From positions 343 to 64,342 of the forward strand of contig JALHRM010000003.1 of the NCBI GenBank assembly GCA_022841445.1: 64,000 nucleotides of DNA, read 5' to 3'. The notes under the pieces are model-generated. The model was not told the origin of the DNA. It did no database searches and saw only the letters and a list, made by a program, of their open reading frames with translations. Origin of the DNA: Candidatus Saccharimonadota bacterium. Its GTDB lineage: Bacteria; Patescibacteriota; Saccharimonadia; Saccharimonadales; UBA10212. Made by a program: the position numbers and the translations under genes. Below, in pieces: positions 41,013 to 49,845 of the stretch; within the stretch, counting starts at the first letter, position 1; each line of letters starts with the position of its first letter.

Positions 41013-41093
41013 AGTATGGAGTTCGGCTCTGAGAGTTTTCTTAAATGCGAAAGATTTTTTCTCAGAATGTTTTCAGTAATATATTGCTAGTAT
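41013..41093. promoter_or_regulatory. Divergent promoters with two OmpR-family tandem hexamer boxes
   Basis: Plus strand TCTCAG-N5-TTTCAG (41060-41076) then TAGTAT. Minus strand TTTAAG-N5-TCTCAG (41045-41029) then CATACT. Confidence 0.6.
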
Positions 41094-41111
41094 GAATATA
41101 CGAAAGAGCCT

Positions 41112-41795
41112 ATGCGAATACTTGTAGTAGAAGATGAAGTAAAAATAGCCGGCGCCATCAAGCGCGGCCTGGAACAAGAAGCCTATGCAGTGGATATGGA
41201 ACATGACGGCGATAGTGGATTAGGCGCTGCAAAGAGTCAGCCCTATGATTTGATTATTCTTGACCGTATGCTCCCGGGAGGATTTGATGGCATTGCGATT
41301 GCCCGTGAGCTCAGGGCAAGTGGTAAAAAAGTTCCGGTGCTCATGCTCACTGCTAAGGATGCGGTGTCTGATAGGGTCGGAGGCTTGGATGCTGGCGCCG
41401 ATGATTATTTGGTTAAACCATTTGCTTTTGAAGAACTGCTGGCCAGAGTTCGGGCGCTGTTGAGACGACCTGAGCCACAATCTGCAGGTGTTCTTACTTA
41501 CAAGGATATCGAAGTAAATATCGTCACAAAGGCAGTTAAGCGAGCAGGGCGATCGATAGATTTAACCCGGAAAGAGTATGCTCTATTGGAATATTTTCTA
41601 CGTAACCCGGAAGTTGTTCTGTCGAAGCAACAACTCACTGAACACGTTTGGAATTTTGACGCTGATATATTACCCAATACTGTCGAGGTCTATGTCGGTT
41701 ATTTGCGCAGCAAAGTCGAAAAGCCATTTAATGATAAGCCACTGTTGTTCCATACTAAACGAGGGTTTGGATACATCATGAAAGAACAGGTCTAG
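41112..41795 (+). CDS. OmpR/PhoB-family response regulator
   Basis: ILVVEDE, LDRMLP, LTAKD, GADDYLVKPF and a winged helix (V.VYVGYLRSK, T.RGFGY). Confidence 0.96.
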   Translation: MRILVVEDEVKIAGAIKRGLEQEAYAVDMEHDGDSGLGAAKSQPYDLIILDRMLPGGFDGIAIARELRASGKKVPVLMLTAKDAVSDRVGGLDAGADDYLVKPFAFEELLARVRALLRRPEPQSAGVLTYKDIEVNIVTKAVKRAGRSIDLTRKEYALLEYFLRNPEVVLSKQQLTEHVWNFDADILPNTVEVYVGYLRSKVEKPFNDKPLLFHTKRGFGYIMKEQV

Positions 41796-41796
41796 T

Positions 41797-42804
41797 ATGA
41801 ACGTCTTTAGCGCCGCAGTGCGTAAATTAACACTGCAATATCTGGCCGTCATCATGGTGCTGAGTCTGATATTCAGTTTTGTACTGTACCAAGTTGCCAA
41901 CCGCGAAATCACCGGCAGTATTCGAGGTCAAGGCCGCATGATTATAGAACGTAGCGGTGGATTTTTAGACCGCAGGGAGATCAACCGCATTCTTCAGCGT
42001 GAGCAGACACTCGCTCGTCAGCGGCTGGTTGGAAGACTTATTGTGTTCAATGTCGTGGTACTCGGTGCAGGGGCATTAGCCAGCTACTATTTAGCGAGGG
42101 AAACAATGGTACCTCTGGAAAAATCGGTGGAAGCTCAAGCGCGCTTTACTGCTGATGCTAGCCACGAACTACGCACACCACTTACTGCTATGCGAACCGA
42201 AATTGAGGTCGCACTGCGGTCTAAAAAACTATCGACCAGTGAAAGTAAACAACTATTAACGAGTAATTTGGAAGAGGTAAATCGTCTCGAATCGCTCGTT
42301 GGCGGGCTGCTTGCACTGGCTCGACTACCGGGCGGTTCAGTGATTAAGCAGAAGGTAGAGCTTGCCCCGATTGTTGACAAGGTTGTGCTACGACTGCGAC
42401 CAATAAGTGACCAGCGTTCAATCACTGTGCAAACCAGTATTCCACAAAGCCTTGCCGTTATTGCCAGCAATGACGCTGTTGATCGGACGCTTACAATTCT
42501 TTTGGATAATGCCATCAAGTACAGTTTAAAGGGTGGTATGATCGATATCCGAGCGTCACGTTACGTAAAGCAAGTACGGATTTCAGTCACTGACAGTGGT
42601 GTGGGTATTAAGCCATCAGACCAGGCACATATTTTTGAGCGGTTTTACCGGGCTGATCAGTCTCGCACGACAAGCGGCCAGAGTGGGTATGGGTTGGGAC
42701 TAGCTATTGCTCGTGAAACAGTTGAACTATATGGCGGTAGAATAGTCGTAAAAAGCCAACCCGGCAAAGGGAGTACGTTTACAGTCAGCTTGCCGAGTGC
42801 ATAA
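41797..42804 (+). CDS. Sensor histidine kinase
   Basis: Two TM segments, ADASHELRTP, LLDNAIKY, DSGVGI, FERFYRAD and GYGLGLAI. Confidence 0.96.
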   Translation: MNVFSAAVRKLTLQYLAVIMVLSLIFSFVLYQVANREITGSIRGQGRMIIERSGGFLDRREINRILQREQTLARQRLVGRLIVFNVVVLGAGALASYYLARETMVPLEKSVEAQARFTADASHELRTPLTAMRTEIEVALRSKKLSTSESKQLLTSNLEEVNRLESLVGGLLALARLPGGSVIKQKVELAPIVDKVVLRLRPISDQRSITVQTSIPQSLAVIASNDAVDRTLTILLDNAIKYSLKGGMIDIRASRYVKQVRISVTDSGVGIKPSDQAHIFERFYRADQSRTTSGQSGYGLGLAIARETVELYGGRIVVKSQPGKGSTFTVSLPSA

Positions 42805-42851
42805 TTGCAGGTGCATGCTATACTAATCGTGTTAGTGTTTAACAATTTGAA

Positions 42852-43004
42852 ATATCAAGAGTGCAGTGAAGGGAACGAGCCCGTTAGTAAGCTGCCGGCA
42901 ACCTGGTTTTTATGCTAAGGTGCCAATTCTCGCCCGAAGCCGGGAAAGATGTGCATATCAACAATCCTTTCCGGTTATACAAAATAACTTCGAAAGGATT
43001 TTTT
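42852..43004 (+). ncRNA. SAM-I (S-box) riboswitch and expression platform
   Basis: ATCAAGAG...GAAGGGA..GCCC...GGCAACC...GGTGCCAATTC...GAAAGATG matches the S-box consensus. Hairpin AATCCTTTC/GAAAGGATT plus a T-run lies directly before the metK ATG. Confidence 0.88.
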
Positions 43005-43005
43005 A

Positions 43006-44109
43006 ATGTCACATCATTTTGCATCAGAATCAGTCTGCGCCGGTCACCCGGATAAAATTTGCGATCAAATCAGCGATGCTATTGTCGATGCAGCGCTTCA
43101 GCAAGATCCAAATGCTCGGCTTGGTATTGAGACGATGGCTGGACATAATCAAGTAATTTTAGCCGGTGAAATACGTACTACCGCCAAGCTTGACTATGAA
43201 GCCATCGCTCGTGAGCAAATAAAAAAACTAGGCTACACCAAACCGGAATGGAATTTTAGCGACCAGTCGCCTGTGCAAGTATTGATCCACGAACAGTCAC
43301 CAGAAATCGCTGTTGGTGTTGATGCTGAAGGGGCGGGCGACCAGGGCATGATGTTCGGCTATGCCGTCAAGGATACTCCCGAGCTTATGCCGCTACCTAT
43401 CTTGCTGGCACACCGGCTTACCAAGGCTATCGATGATGCCCGGGAGACCGGCAAGCTCGCTTATTTGCGCCCGGACGGCAAAGCCCAAGTTGTTGTCGAA
43501 TACGAAAACGACAAACCAATCGGTATTTCGCATGTCACAACCGCTGTGCCACATGACGAAGATATAACCCTCGAACAGGTAAAACAGGATGTGTACGATC
43601 AGATTGTGAGCCCTGTTCTGGATCAATATGGTTATGGTGTTGATCTAGAGCAATTGATTGTAAATGGGACTGGGGTCTGGCATCACCCGGGTCCGGATTC
43701 GGACGCTGGTCTGACTGGTCGCAAAATTGTTGTTGATACGTACGGCGGCTATGCCCGAGTTGGCGGCGGCGCATTTAGTGGTAAAGATCCGAGCAAGGTC
43801 GACCGTTCTGGTGCCTATGCCGCTCGTTACATCGCAAAAAATATTGTAGCTCATGATCTGGCCGGCGAAGCCGAAGTTCGCTTAGCATACTACATCGGCG
43901 GCAAAGCGCCGGTGATGCTCGATATCGAAACCTTTGGGAGCGCAAAGAGCAGTGAAAAAGCTATCGCTGACTTTGCAGCTGGACTCCTCACGCCATCCGT
44001 TTCCGGAATTATTGAAGCACTTGATTTACGTCGACCTATCTATCTAAATACCGCCGCATACGGTCACTTTGGCCGCAATGACTTCCCGTGGGAAGCTATC
44101 ACTCACTAG
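43006..44109 (+). CDS. metK: S-adenosylmethionine synthetase
   Basis: SESV..GHPDKICDQISD, GAGDQG and GGGAFSGKDPSKVDRSGAY. Confidence 0.98.
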   Translation: MSHHFASESVCAGHPDKICDQISDAIVDAALQQDPNARLGIETMAGHNQVILAGEIRTTAKLDYEAIAREQIKKLGYTKPEWNFSDQSPVQVLIHEQSPEIAVGVDAEGAGDQGMMFGYAVKDTPELMPLPILLAHRLTKAIDDARETGKLAYLRPDGKAQVVVEYENDKPIGISHVTTAVPHDEDITLEQVKQDVYDQIVSPVLDQYGYGVDLEQLIVNGTGVWHHPGPDSDAGLTGRKIVVDTYGGYARVGGGAFSGKDPSKVDRSGAYAARYIAKNIVAHDLAGEAEVRLAYYIGGKAPVMLDIETFGSAKSSEKAIADFAAGLLTPSVSGIIEALDLRRPIYLNTAAYGHFGRNDFPWEAITH

Positions 44110-44188
44110 TATCTGCTAAAAACCTTAGCTACGACAAAAAGCACTCATGCTTGCCGATAAAAGCAATAAGTAGTAGTATTTGTCAAAT

Positions 44189-45013
44189 ATGAGTGAAGTA
44201 CCAGCGGGCGTCGCCTTTAAGTCGCACGAGGGACTAAGAGATCCCTTCGCCAATACACCCGAAGCCCTGGCGGCAACACGCGTTCTTGGGCGCGTAATCC
44301 CATTCACACTTGGACATCTGGCTTCACAGTTGGTAGAAAGAGGTGAAATCCAGCCGTCGCGAAGAGCAGTTTGTGATTATTTAGCTATTACGCCCGAAGA
44401 ATTGGGTGATAGTTATGTATATTCGGACAGAGAGCAAGTCCGGCGATTTATTTATAGACAGATAGACCGCGCCAAAGTAGAGCTCGATCCTGGCTATAGG
44501 CTACATGTTGCACATATAGGGGCTGAACTCGAAGGCTACAAAGTAACAGATGAGGAAAAAGTAATCGCTGTGGCTAAGGTTGAAAGACGGATAGATGAGT
44601 CTGAAGCGACATATGCTCTGCAGGACGCCGTCGACGAACAAAACGCCGGACACCGCATGAGGGAACCCGTAGAAGTCATTCCACCAGAAGTACAACGTGA
44701 ACTCTTCATACTTCGCATGAAGAGTAGTGCATTGAGAACTGGCATCGCAGCTCCGTTGTCCGCAGTGCTTGGTGCTGCGCTCAGTTATGAGGGCTATACC
44801 CCCTTCTCTAGTGCGGATATAGTCGACGCGGTTGATGATATTGTGTTTGCCGCAGGTGATCTAGATCCAGATCTGCCACTATCTGAAGTAACTCTCGGTC
44901 AATGGGAAATCGACTCATTCCTTGAAGGCCTGCATCGAGCTTTCAGGAGCATATACTGGATGCGCGGAATGAAAAAAGTGGACATCCTCGAATCACTCAT
45001 CTATACATCGTAA
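44189..45013 (+). CDS. Hypothetical protein (orphan)
   Basis: Long ORF with its own promoter TTGCCG-17-TAGTAT (44151-44179); no recognised motif. Confidence 0.65.
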   Translation: MSEVPAGVAFKSHEGLRDPFANTPEALAATRVLGRVIPFTLGHLASQLVERGEIQPSRRAVCDYLAITPEELGDSYVYSDREQVRRFIYRQIDRAKVELDPGYRLHVAHIGAELEGYKVTDEEKVIAVAKVERRIDESEATYALQDAVDEQNAGHRMREPVEVIPPEVQRELFILRMKSSALRTGIAAPLSAVLGAALSYEGYTPFSSADIVDAVDDIVFAAGDLDPDLPLSEVTLGQWEIDSFLEGLHRAFRSIYWMRGMKKVDILESLIYTS

Positions 45014-45022
45014 AGCGTGCAA

Positions 45023-45397
45023 CTACTCAGTAGCTTGTAGTACATATTTGCCAAGAGCCTCGGCGTAATTCCATTCCCGGGGCAGTATCTCGCCGCGTTG
45101 ATGGTGAGGAGAAACAAGTAATGTATCGAATCCATCAGGTTTAAATGTAACTAAAAAGTTAAGCAGATTTAAGGCGGGATCATGGCTGTGTCGACGCCAG
45201 GCATCCACTCTATACTTAATTTCTCCAGTTCGGTCTACGATAGGACTGATGGCAACGTCGGTTGGGGGTCGTTCTTCTGTCCAACCCTCAGCAGCAATAA
45301 TTAAAAAAAGAGGCCTGCGTAAGGCCTCGATGTCGAGCGTTGGACTTGGCGGCGTGTACGTCTCGTTTCCCGGGAAGTAAAAATGCAGATCTGCCAT
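45023..45397 (-). CDS. Hypothetical protein (orphan)
   Basis: 124-aa ORF with TATAAT 5 nt before the ATG. Confidence 0.55.
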   Translation of the reverse strand: MADLHFYFPGNETYTPPSPTLDIEALRRPLFLIIAAEGWTEERPPTDVAISPIVDRTGEIKYRVDAWRRHSHDPALNLLNFLVTFKPDGFDTLLVSPHHQRGEILPREWNYAEALGKYVLQATE

Positions 45398-45458
45398 ACT
45401 TAATTATAAACATGTCGCTAAGAATATAAAACGCATGCATGACAGAAGGAAAGTAACC

Positions 45459-45683
45459 ATGGACAAAAAGACGGACAAAAAAGTAACTCGTACCAACCCT
45501 GAATTATGGGAAGATTGCAAAATAGAAGCTCTGGAAAAAATGAACGGCGTGTTCTCGGCGCGGGCGATGCAATATGCCGTCCAGCTCTACAAAAAACGCG
45601 GGGGTGGTTATACAGGAGAAAAAAGCCCGATTAATTCGCTCGACTCATGGCAGAAGCGGCAAAGTAAGTCCGATAAATCCTGA
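45459..45683 (+). CDS. Small basic protein resembling the DUF5872-type motif
   Basis: 'TNPELWE...FSARAMQYAVQLYKKRGGGYTG...SLDSW' resembles my recollection of the 'WSARKAQ...YKxxGGGY' family; SD AAGGA. Confidence 0.6.
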   Translation: MDKKTDKKVTRTNPELWEDCKIEALEKMNGVFSARAMQYAVQLYKKRGGGYTGEKSPINSLDSWQKRQSKSDKS

Positions 45684-45716
45684 TCAAGTTGCGGTTACGC
45701 TTGCCATTACTTTAGA

Positions 45717-46367
45717 ATGATGGATATGGGCAAGGGAAAAGTCGTTGGTTTGGTGTTTGGGTGCCTAGTGGCAAGCTTTGGATTAACTATTGGCGGATTA
45801 TACGGCTGGCAAGAATTAAAACAGCTCCAAGCTAGTCGCTCTGGTACGGTAGATGACGGCCTGCAGCTAGCGTCTGGCGCTGTTAATGCGATTAACCCTG
45901 CCAAAACACTGGCCGCAAATGATACCAAAAGCGATCCACTTAATGACGCTACTTCTACAGCGACAGACGGTATCGCTTCTTCTGTTCCGAAACCAAGCGA
46001 ATTCAAACAATATGATAAGTACAAAGATGCCAAAGATGCCTTGTTTGGTGATATCAAGGTGGGAACCGGCAATGATATAAAGGCCGGCAGCAAAGTAACG
46101 ATTGTTTATAAAGGCTGGCTAACGGATGGTACAGTATTTGATGAAAGCAAACCGACTGGGCCTAACGGTCGCTTAGTGGGGTTACAATTTACCGAAGGCA
46201 ACCATGAGGTCATTGCAGGGATGGAGCAGGCCATCTTTGGCGCAAAAGCCGGAGGTGTAAGGCGTTTAATTATTCCACCGGCCGTCGGCTACGGGGCGCT
46301 TGGGCAGGGAAACGTGCCGGGCAATAGTGTGCTAATTTTCGATGTCGAAATTATTTCAGTCGAATGA
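45717..46367 (+). CDS. Membrane-anchored FKBP-type peptidyl-prolyl isomerase
   Basis: TM segment; Y.GWL.DG.VFDES, VIAGMEQ, RRLIIPP..GYG and NSVLIFDVE. Confidence 0.93.
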   Translation: MMDMGKGKVVGLVFGCLVASFGLTIGGLYGWQELKQLQASRSGTVDDGLQLASGAVNAINPAKTLAANDTKSDPLNDATSTATDGIASSVPKPSEFKQYDKYKDAKDALFGDIKVGTGNDIKAGSKVTIVYKGWLTDGTVFDESKPTGPNGRLVGLQFTEGNHEVIAGMEQAIFGAKAGGVRRLIIPPAVGYGALGQGNVPGNSVLIFDVEIISVE

Positions 46368-46440
46368 TGTTCATTTTGTTAGTTTTGCAATAACCTTATT
46401 AGGGTGGTACCATGCCCTCATAAACTTAAACATAAAAAAT

Positions 46441-47052
46441 ATGAAGCAAACAAAAAACTCAAACGGATTTTCGCACCAGATACTAATTGCGCTAATAGTA
46501 ATTGTAGGATTTGTCGGATTCGCCGGCGGGTATGTCTACAATGTCCAGCAAAAGCAAGCTGCTGAAAATCGGGCAGCTGAAGCTGCCCGAGATAAGGACG
46601 CCCAGCAGATAAAAGTAAAAACAACCGAAACAGCCGAAAAGACAGTAGAAATTCCGCAGCCGGTAGCCGAAACAAAACCGGTCGAGACTGCTCCTGCACC
46701 CGCTCCGGCACCAACAAAAACTACAAAAACAGAACCGGCAAAAACAAAGACCCAACCCACGATCACATACGTCACAATTACATCAGTCAGTGCCGATGTG
46801 AGCACGGAAAATGTCATTATAAACGCCGTATTGCCTGGTAATTACAGTGGGTACTGTAAGGTATTGGTCAAAATGGAAGACGGCAGCAATGCCCAGTGGT
46901 TCGAAAACGCGTTTGGCCCGGGCAGTAGCTGTGGCGTGGCAGTGCCTAAGTCTAAGTTGATTGCTTCGACTACTTGGAAATATTACACCTATATGAAAAC
47001 TTCCGACGGTCTCACTAAAGGCGAAGCCGCTCCTGCTAGTTTCTCCCTATAA
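46441..47052 (+). CDS. Pilin-like protein (class III signal-like N-terminus) with P/T/K-rich stalk
   Basis: MKQTKNSNG|FSHQILIALIVIVGFVGFAGGYVY, a low-complexity linker and a C-terminal beta domain with two Cys. Confidence 0.65.
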   Translation: MKQTKNSNGFSHQILIALIVIVGFVGFAGGYVYNVQQKQAAENRAAEAARDKDAQQIKVKTTETAEKTVEIPQPVAETKPVETAPAPAPAPTKTTKTEPAKTKTQPTITYVTITSVSADVSTENVIINAVLPGNYSGYCKVLVKMEDGSNAQWFENAFGPGSSCGVAVPKSKLIASTTWKYYTYMKTSDGLTKGEAAPASFSL

Positions 47053-47139
47053 GACCTGCATACCCGAGCTTTAAGTCCTTAATTCAAAATGTATGTTTCA
47101 TTACAGCCACACCAAGCTTATGTGGATATACTCAAACTC

Positions 47140-47250
47140 ATGCTGTTTTTTCGACGACTCATTACATATCGATTACTGTTTAGTGTAGGGTTTAAACTTG
47201 CCCGCTGGCTGTGGCAAAAGAACCAGGCTGCCAAACACCGCCCCAGATAG
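47140..47250 (+). CDS. Putative 36-aa cationic amphipathic peptide
   Basis: MLFFRRLITYRLLFSVGFKLARWLWQKNQAAKHRPR*; TATACT lies 7 nt upstream of the ATG; the stop is 6 nt from the convergent FKBP stop. Confidence 0.5.
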   Translation: MLFFRRLITYRLLFSVGFKLARWLWQKNQAAKHRPR

Positions 47251-47256
47251 GATTTT

Positions 47257-47649
47257 TCAGACAACAGCTACAAGTTCGATATCGAAAACTAACGCAGAAT
47301 TTGGCGGGATATTGGCTGCTGGAGATGAGCTGCCGTAGGCCATTTCGGCTGGAATAATAAGCCGGCGTGTGCCGCCTACTTTCATGCCTGGCACTCCATC
47401 ACCCCAGCCTTGAATGACTTGATTGAGGCTAAATGTAATTGGCTCGCCAAAGTCGTGTGAGCTTTGAAAAATCGTGCCATCCGCCACCAATGCGCCTGTA
47501 TAGTGGGCGGTAATCGTAGCACCTTCAGGGACGACATCACCACTGCCTTCGATTGAATCAATAATTTGTAATTGAGTGACACTTGGGAGCGGGGTGAACC
47601 CGGCTAGCAGCGTGCCTTCTAGTTTTTGATCGCTTGAGTTTTTATCCAT
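47257..47649 (-). CDS. FKBP-type peptidyl-prolyl isomerase (cytoplasmic)
   Basis: HYTGAL..G.IFQSS, VIQGW, GMKVGGTRRLIIP and NSALVFDIEL. Confidence 0.94.
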   Translation of the reverse strand: MDKNSSDQKLEGTLLAGFTPLPSVTQLQIIDSIEGSGDVVPEGATITAHYTGALVADGTIFQSSHDFGEPITFSLNQVIQGWGDGVPGMKVGGTRRLIIPAEMAYGSSSPAANIPPNSALVFDIELVAVV

Positions 47650-47701
47650 TCCTCTATTTTACTACAGGAAACTAGTACAGGCTTGCTGCTAGAATATAGG
47701 C

Positions 47702-49123
47702 ATGAGTGTTATGGGTAATCCATTAGTATTTATTGATGTTGAAACGTCTGGGATGGCCAGCTACAACAGTCGGGTGATCGAAGTCGGGGCGCTGCGAGTT
47801 GAAGATGGCAAAGTCGTCAGCAAAATAAACACACTCATTAACCCTGAAGGGCATGTTAATCCCTACATCCAGAAGATCACAGGCATCGACCTTTCGAGAT
47901 TAGGTAGTGCTCCAGTCTTTGCCGACATAGCAAAAGATTTATACGAAATGCTAGAGGGAGCATTGTTCATTGCCCATAATGTGCGTTTTGACCACAGTTT
48001 CATAAAAAATGAATTTAAACGTGTTGGCACCAACTACAGAACAAAAATGTTGTGCAGTGTTCGGCTGTCGAGGGCGCTGTATCCGCACTATCGGCGTCAT
48101 GGTCTTGACCACGTGATCGAGCGGCACAACATCCAAATCACTAACCGGCACCGAGCGTATGATGATGCGAAAGCGGTCTGGGAATTCTTCAAAATCGCTC
48201 GCGCAGAAAACAGCATCGAAGCATTTGAAAGTGCTATCCGTGCACAGGTTCGCCAGCCATCGCTGCCATCAAATTTACCTCCAGATTTTACCAAGAATCT
48301 ACCAGAATCCACGGGCGTGTACATATTTGAAGACAACGCCGCCAAACCACTATACGTCGGTAAAAGTATCAATATAAAAAAGCGCGTATTAAGCCACTTT
48401 TCAGATGATCATGCATCAACCAAAGAGCTAAAAATTTCACAGCAGGTCAGCGGTATCACCGTTCATAAAACAGTCACCGAACTACAGGCCTTGCTGCTTG
48501 AATCACGACTCGTAAAAGACCTTCAGCCGCTTTTTAATCGCCAACTTAGGCGAACAAGTAAGCTTGTTCTAGCGAAATGTCGCACTACGGATTCGGGGTA
48601 TCAAACTATCATGCTGCAAGAAGCAAATAGCGACGAATTACTGCCGGATTCAATGGAGCAGGTCATGGCTGTCTATACCACTCGCGGTAAGGCCAGGCAG
48701 GCGCTCGAATCATACGTTAAATTGTACGAACTCTGCCCTAAAATGCTTGGTTTGGAATCGGGTGCTGGGGTATGCTTTCTTCGGCAGCTCAAAAAATGCC
48801 ACGGAGCCTGCGAAGGAGTTGAAACAGTTGCTCGCCATAATTTTCGATTGCAAACGGCGTTTGCCACATCGCGCATTAAAGCCTGGCCATACAAGGGCGC
48901 AATTATCGTTAGCGAACCACAATCGAGCGGCGGGGTTATTGTCGATCAGTGGTGTGTTATTGGTGAAATAAATGAGCAGGAAAATTGTGATCAGATAGCA
49001 CAAAGCATAGGCACGCGGTTTGACCTGGACACTTATAAAATACTTACATCGTACTTGGCTCGCAAAAAGTCCAAACTCTTGATTAGACCGCTGCAAACCG
49101 AGCAATTGGCAATGGTTTTATGA
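47702..49123 (+). CDS. DnaQ-like 3'-5' exonuclease fused to GIY-YIG (UvrC/Cho-like) domain
   Basis: DVETSG, AHNVRFD and HRAYDDA; GVYIF...LYVGKS...RV.SHF; Cys cluster C..C.G.C. Confidence 0.9.
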   Translation: MSVMGNPLVFIDVETSGMASYNSRVIEVGALRVEDGKVVSKINTLINPEGHVNPYIQKITGIDLSRLGSAPVFADIAKDLYEMLEGALFIAHNVRFDHSFIKNEFKRVGTNYRTKMLCSVRLSRALYPHYRRHGLDHVIERHNIQITNRHRAYDDAKAVWEFFKIARAENSIEAFESAIRAQVRQPSLPSNLPPDFTKNLPESTGVYIFEDNAAKPLYVGKSINIKKRVLSHFSDDHASTKELKISQQVSGITVHKTVTELQALLLESRLVKDLQPLFNRQLRRTSKLVLAKCRTTDSGYQTIMLQEANSDELLPDSMEQVMAVYTTRGKARQALESYVKLYELCPKMLGLESGAGVCFLRQLKKCHGACEGVETVARHNFRLQTAFATSRIKAWPYKGAIIVSEPQSSGGVIVDQWCVIGEINEQENCDQIAQSIGTRFDLDTYKILTSYLARKKSKLLIRPLQTEQLAMVL

Positions 49124-49209
49124 ACTCGCACCTGGTTGCGCGAAAAACTTCGCTATAATAACCAAATAGTTCATAAAACAAAGGTAAGTTTATCAGGAGG
49201 TTGTAGTAT

Positions 49210-49815
49210 ATGGCGGTAGACGTAAGCGGGGAGGTCAGGACTGGGACGATAGCGACAATAGCTAGTGGAATTGAGGATTTGCACCAAGAATTTGGTGACG
49301 TTTACGGCACCGGGCAGATGCCACTCCTAACAACCGCGGAAGGTTATTACTGGCCCGGTCTTCAGCGGGCACCACAGAGCGGTAACTTGCGTACAGAAGT
49401 TTTTCTGCGTATTGCTCAGGATGAGCCAGACACATGGCGGGCTGATATGGTGAGCAGGCTGGTCGATCTTAGTGATTCAAATGCTGCGCCTGTGTTGGTT
49501 GGTGTTGCGGCCGCGTATTTTGCGATCAGAGGTAATGAGATAGGTGTACGAAACAGGGATTATTACCCACCTCATGGAATTCGCGCGCCACGCTTAATTC
49601 GCTCACCTCGCGCGGTTAGGCGAGATGTCCAGGTAGCTGAAACAATCGCCAGATTTTCAGTTGAAGAGTTGAATGATGTCGTAACCAGACGTGCCGGTGA
49701 ACTGGATGTCGCTAACCTTTCCGTGCGCAGAACTGCAATCACTGCGCCACGAAGCGGTCGATGGGCAATGCTACTTACCGGATTACACCAAGACCACCCA
49801 GCATGGCGCAACTAA
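49210..49815 (+). CDS. Hypothetical protein (orphan, contains no lysine)
   Basis: 201-aa ORF with a perfect SD AGGAGGT at 49195-49201 and an upstream TATAAT. Confidence 0.7.
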   Translation: MAVDVSGEVRTGTIATIASGIEDLHQEFGDVYGTGQMPLLTTAEGYYWPGLQRAPQSGNLRTEVFLRIAQDEPDTWRADMVSRLVDLSDSNAAPVLVGVAAAYFAIRGNEIGVRNRDYYPPHGIRAPRLIRSPRAVRRDVQVAETIARFSVEELNDVVTRRAGELDVANLSVRRTAITAPRSGRWAMLLTGLHQDHPAWRN

Positions 49816-49845
49816 ATCGATTACCCGTGCAGTACAATTAGATGC

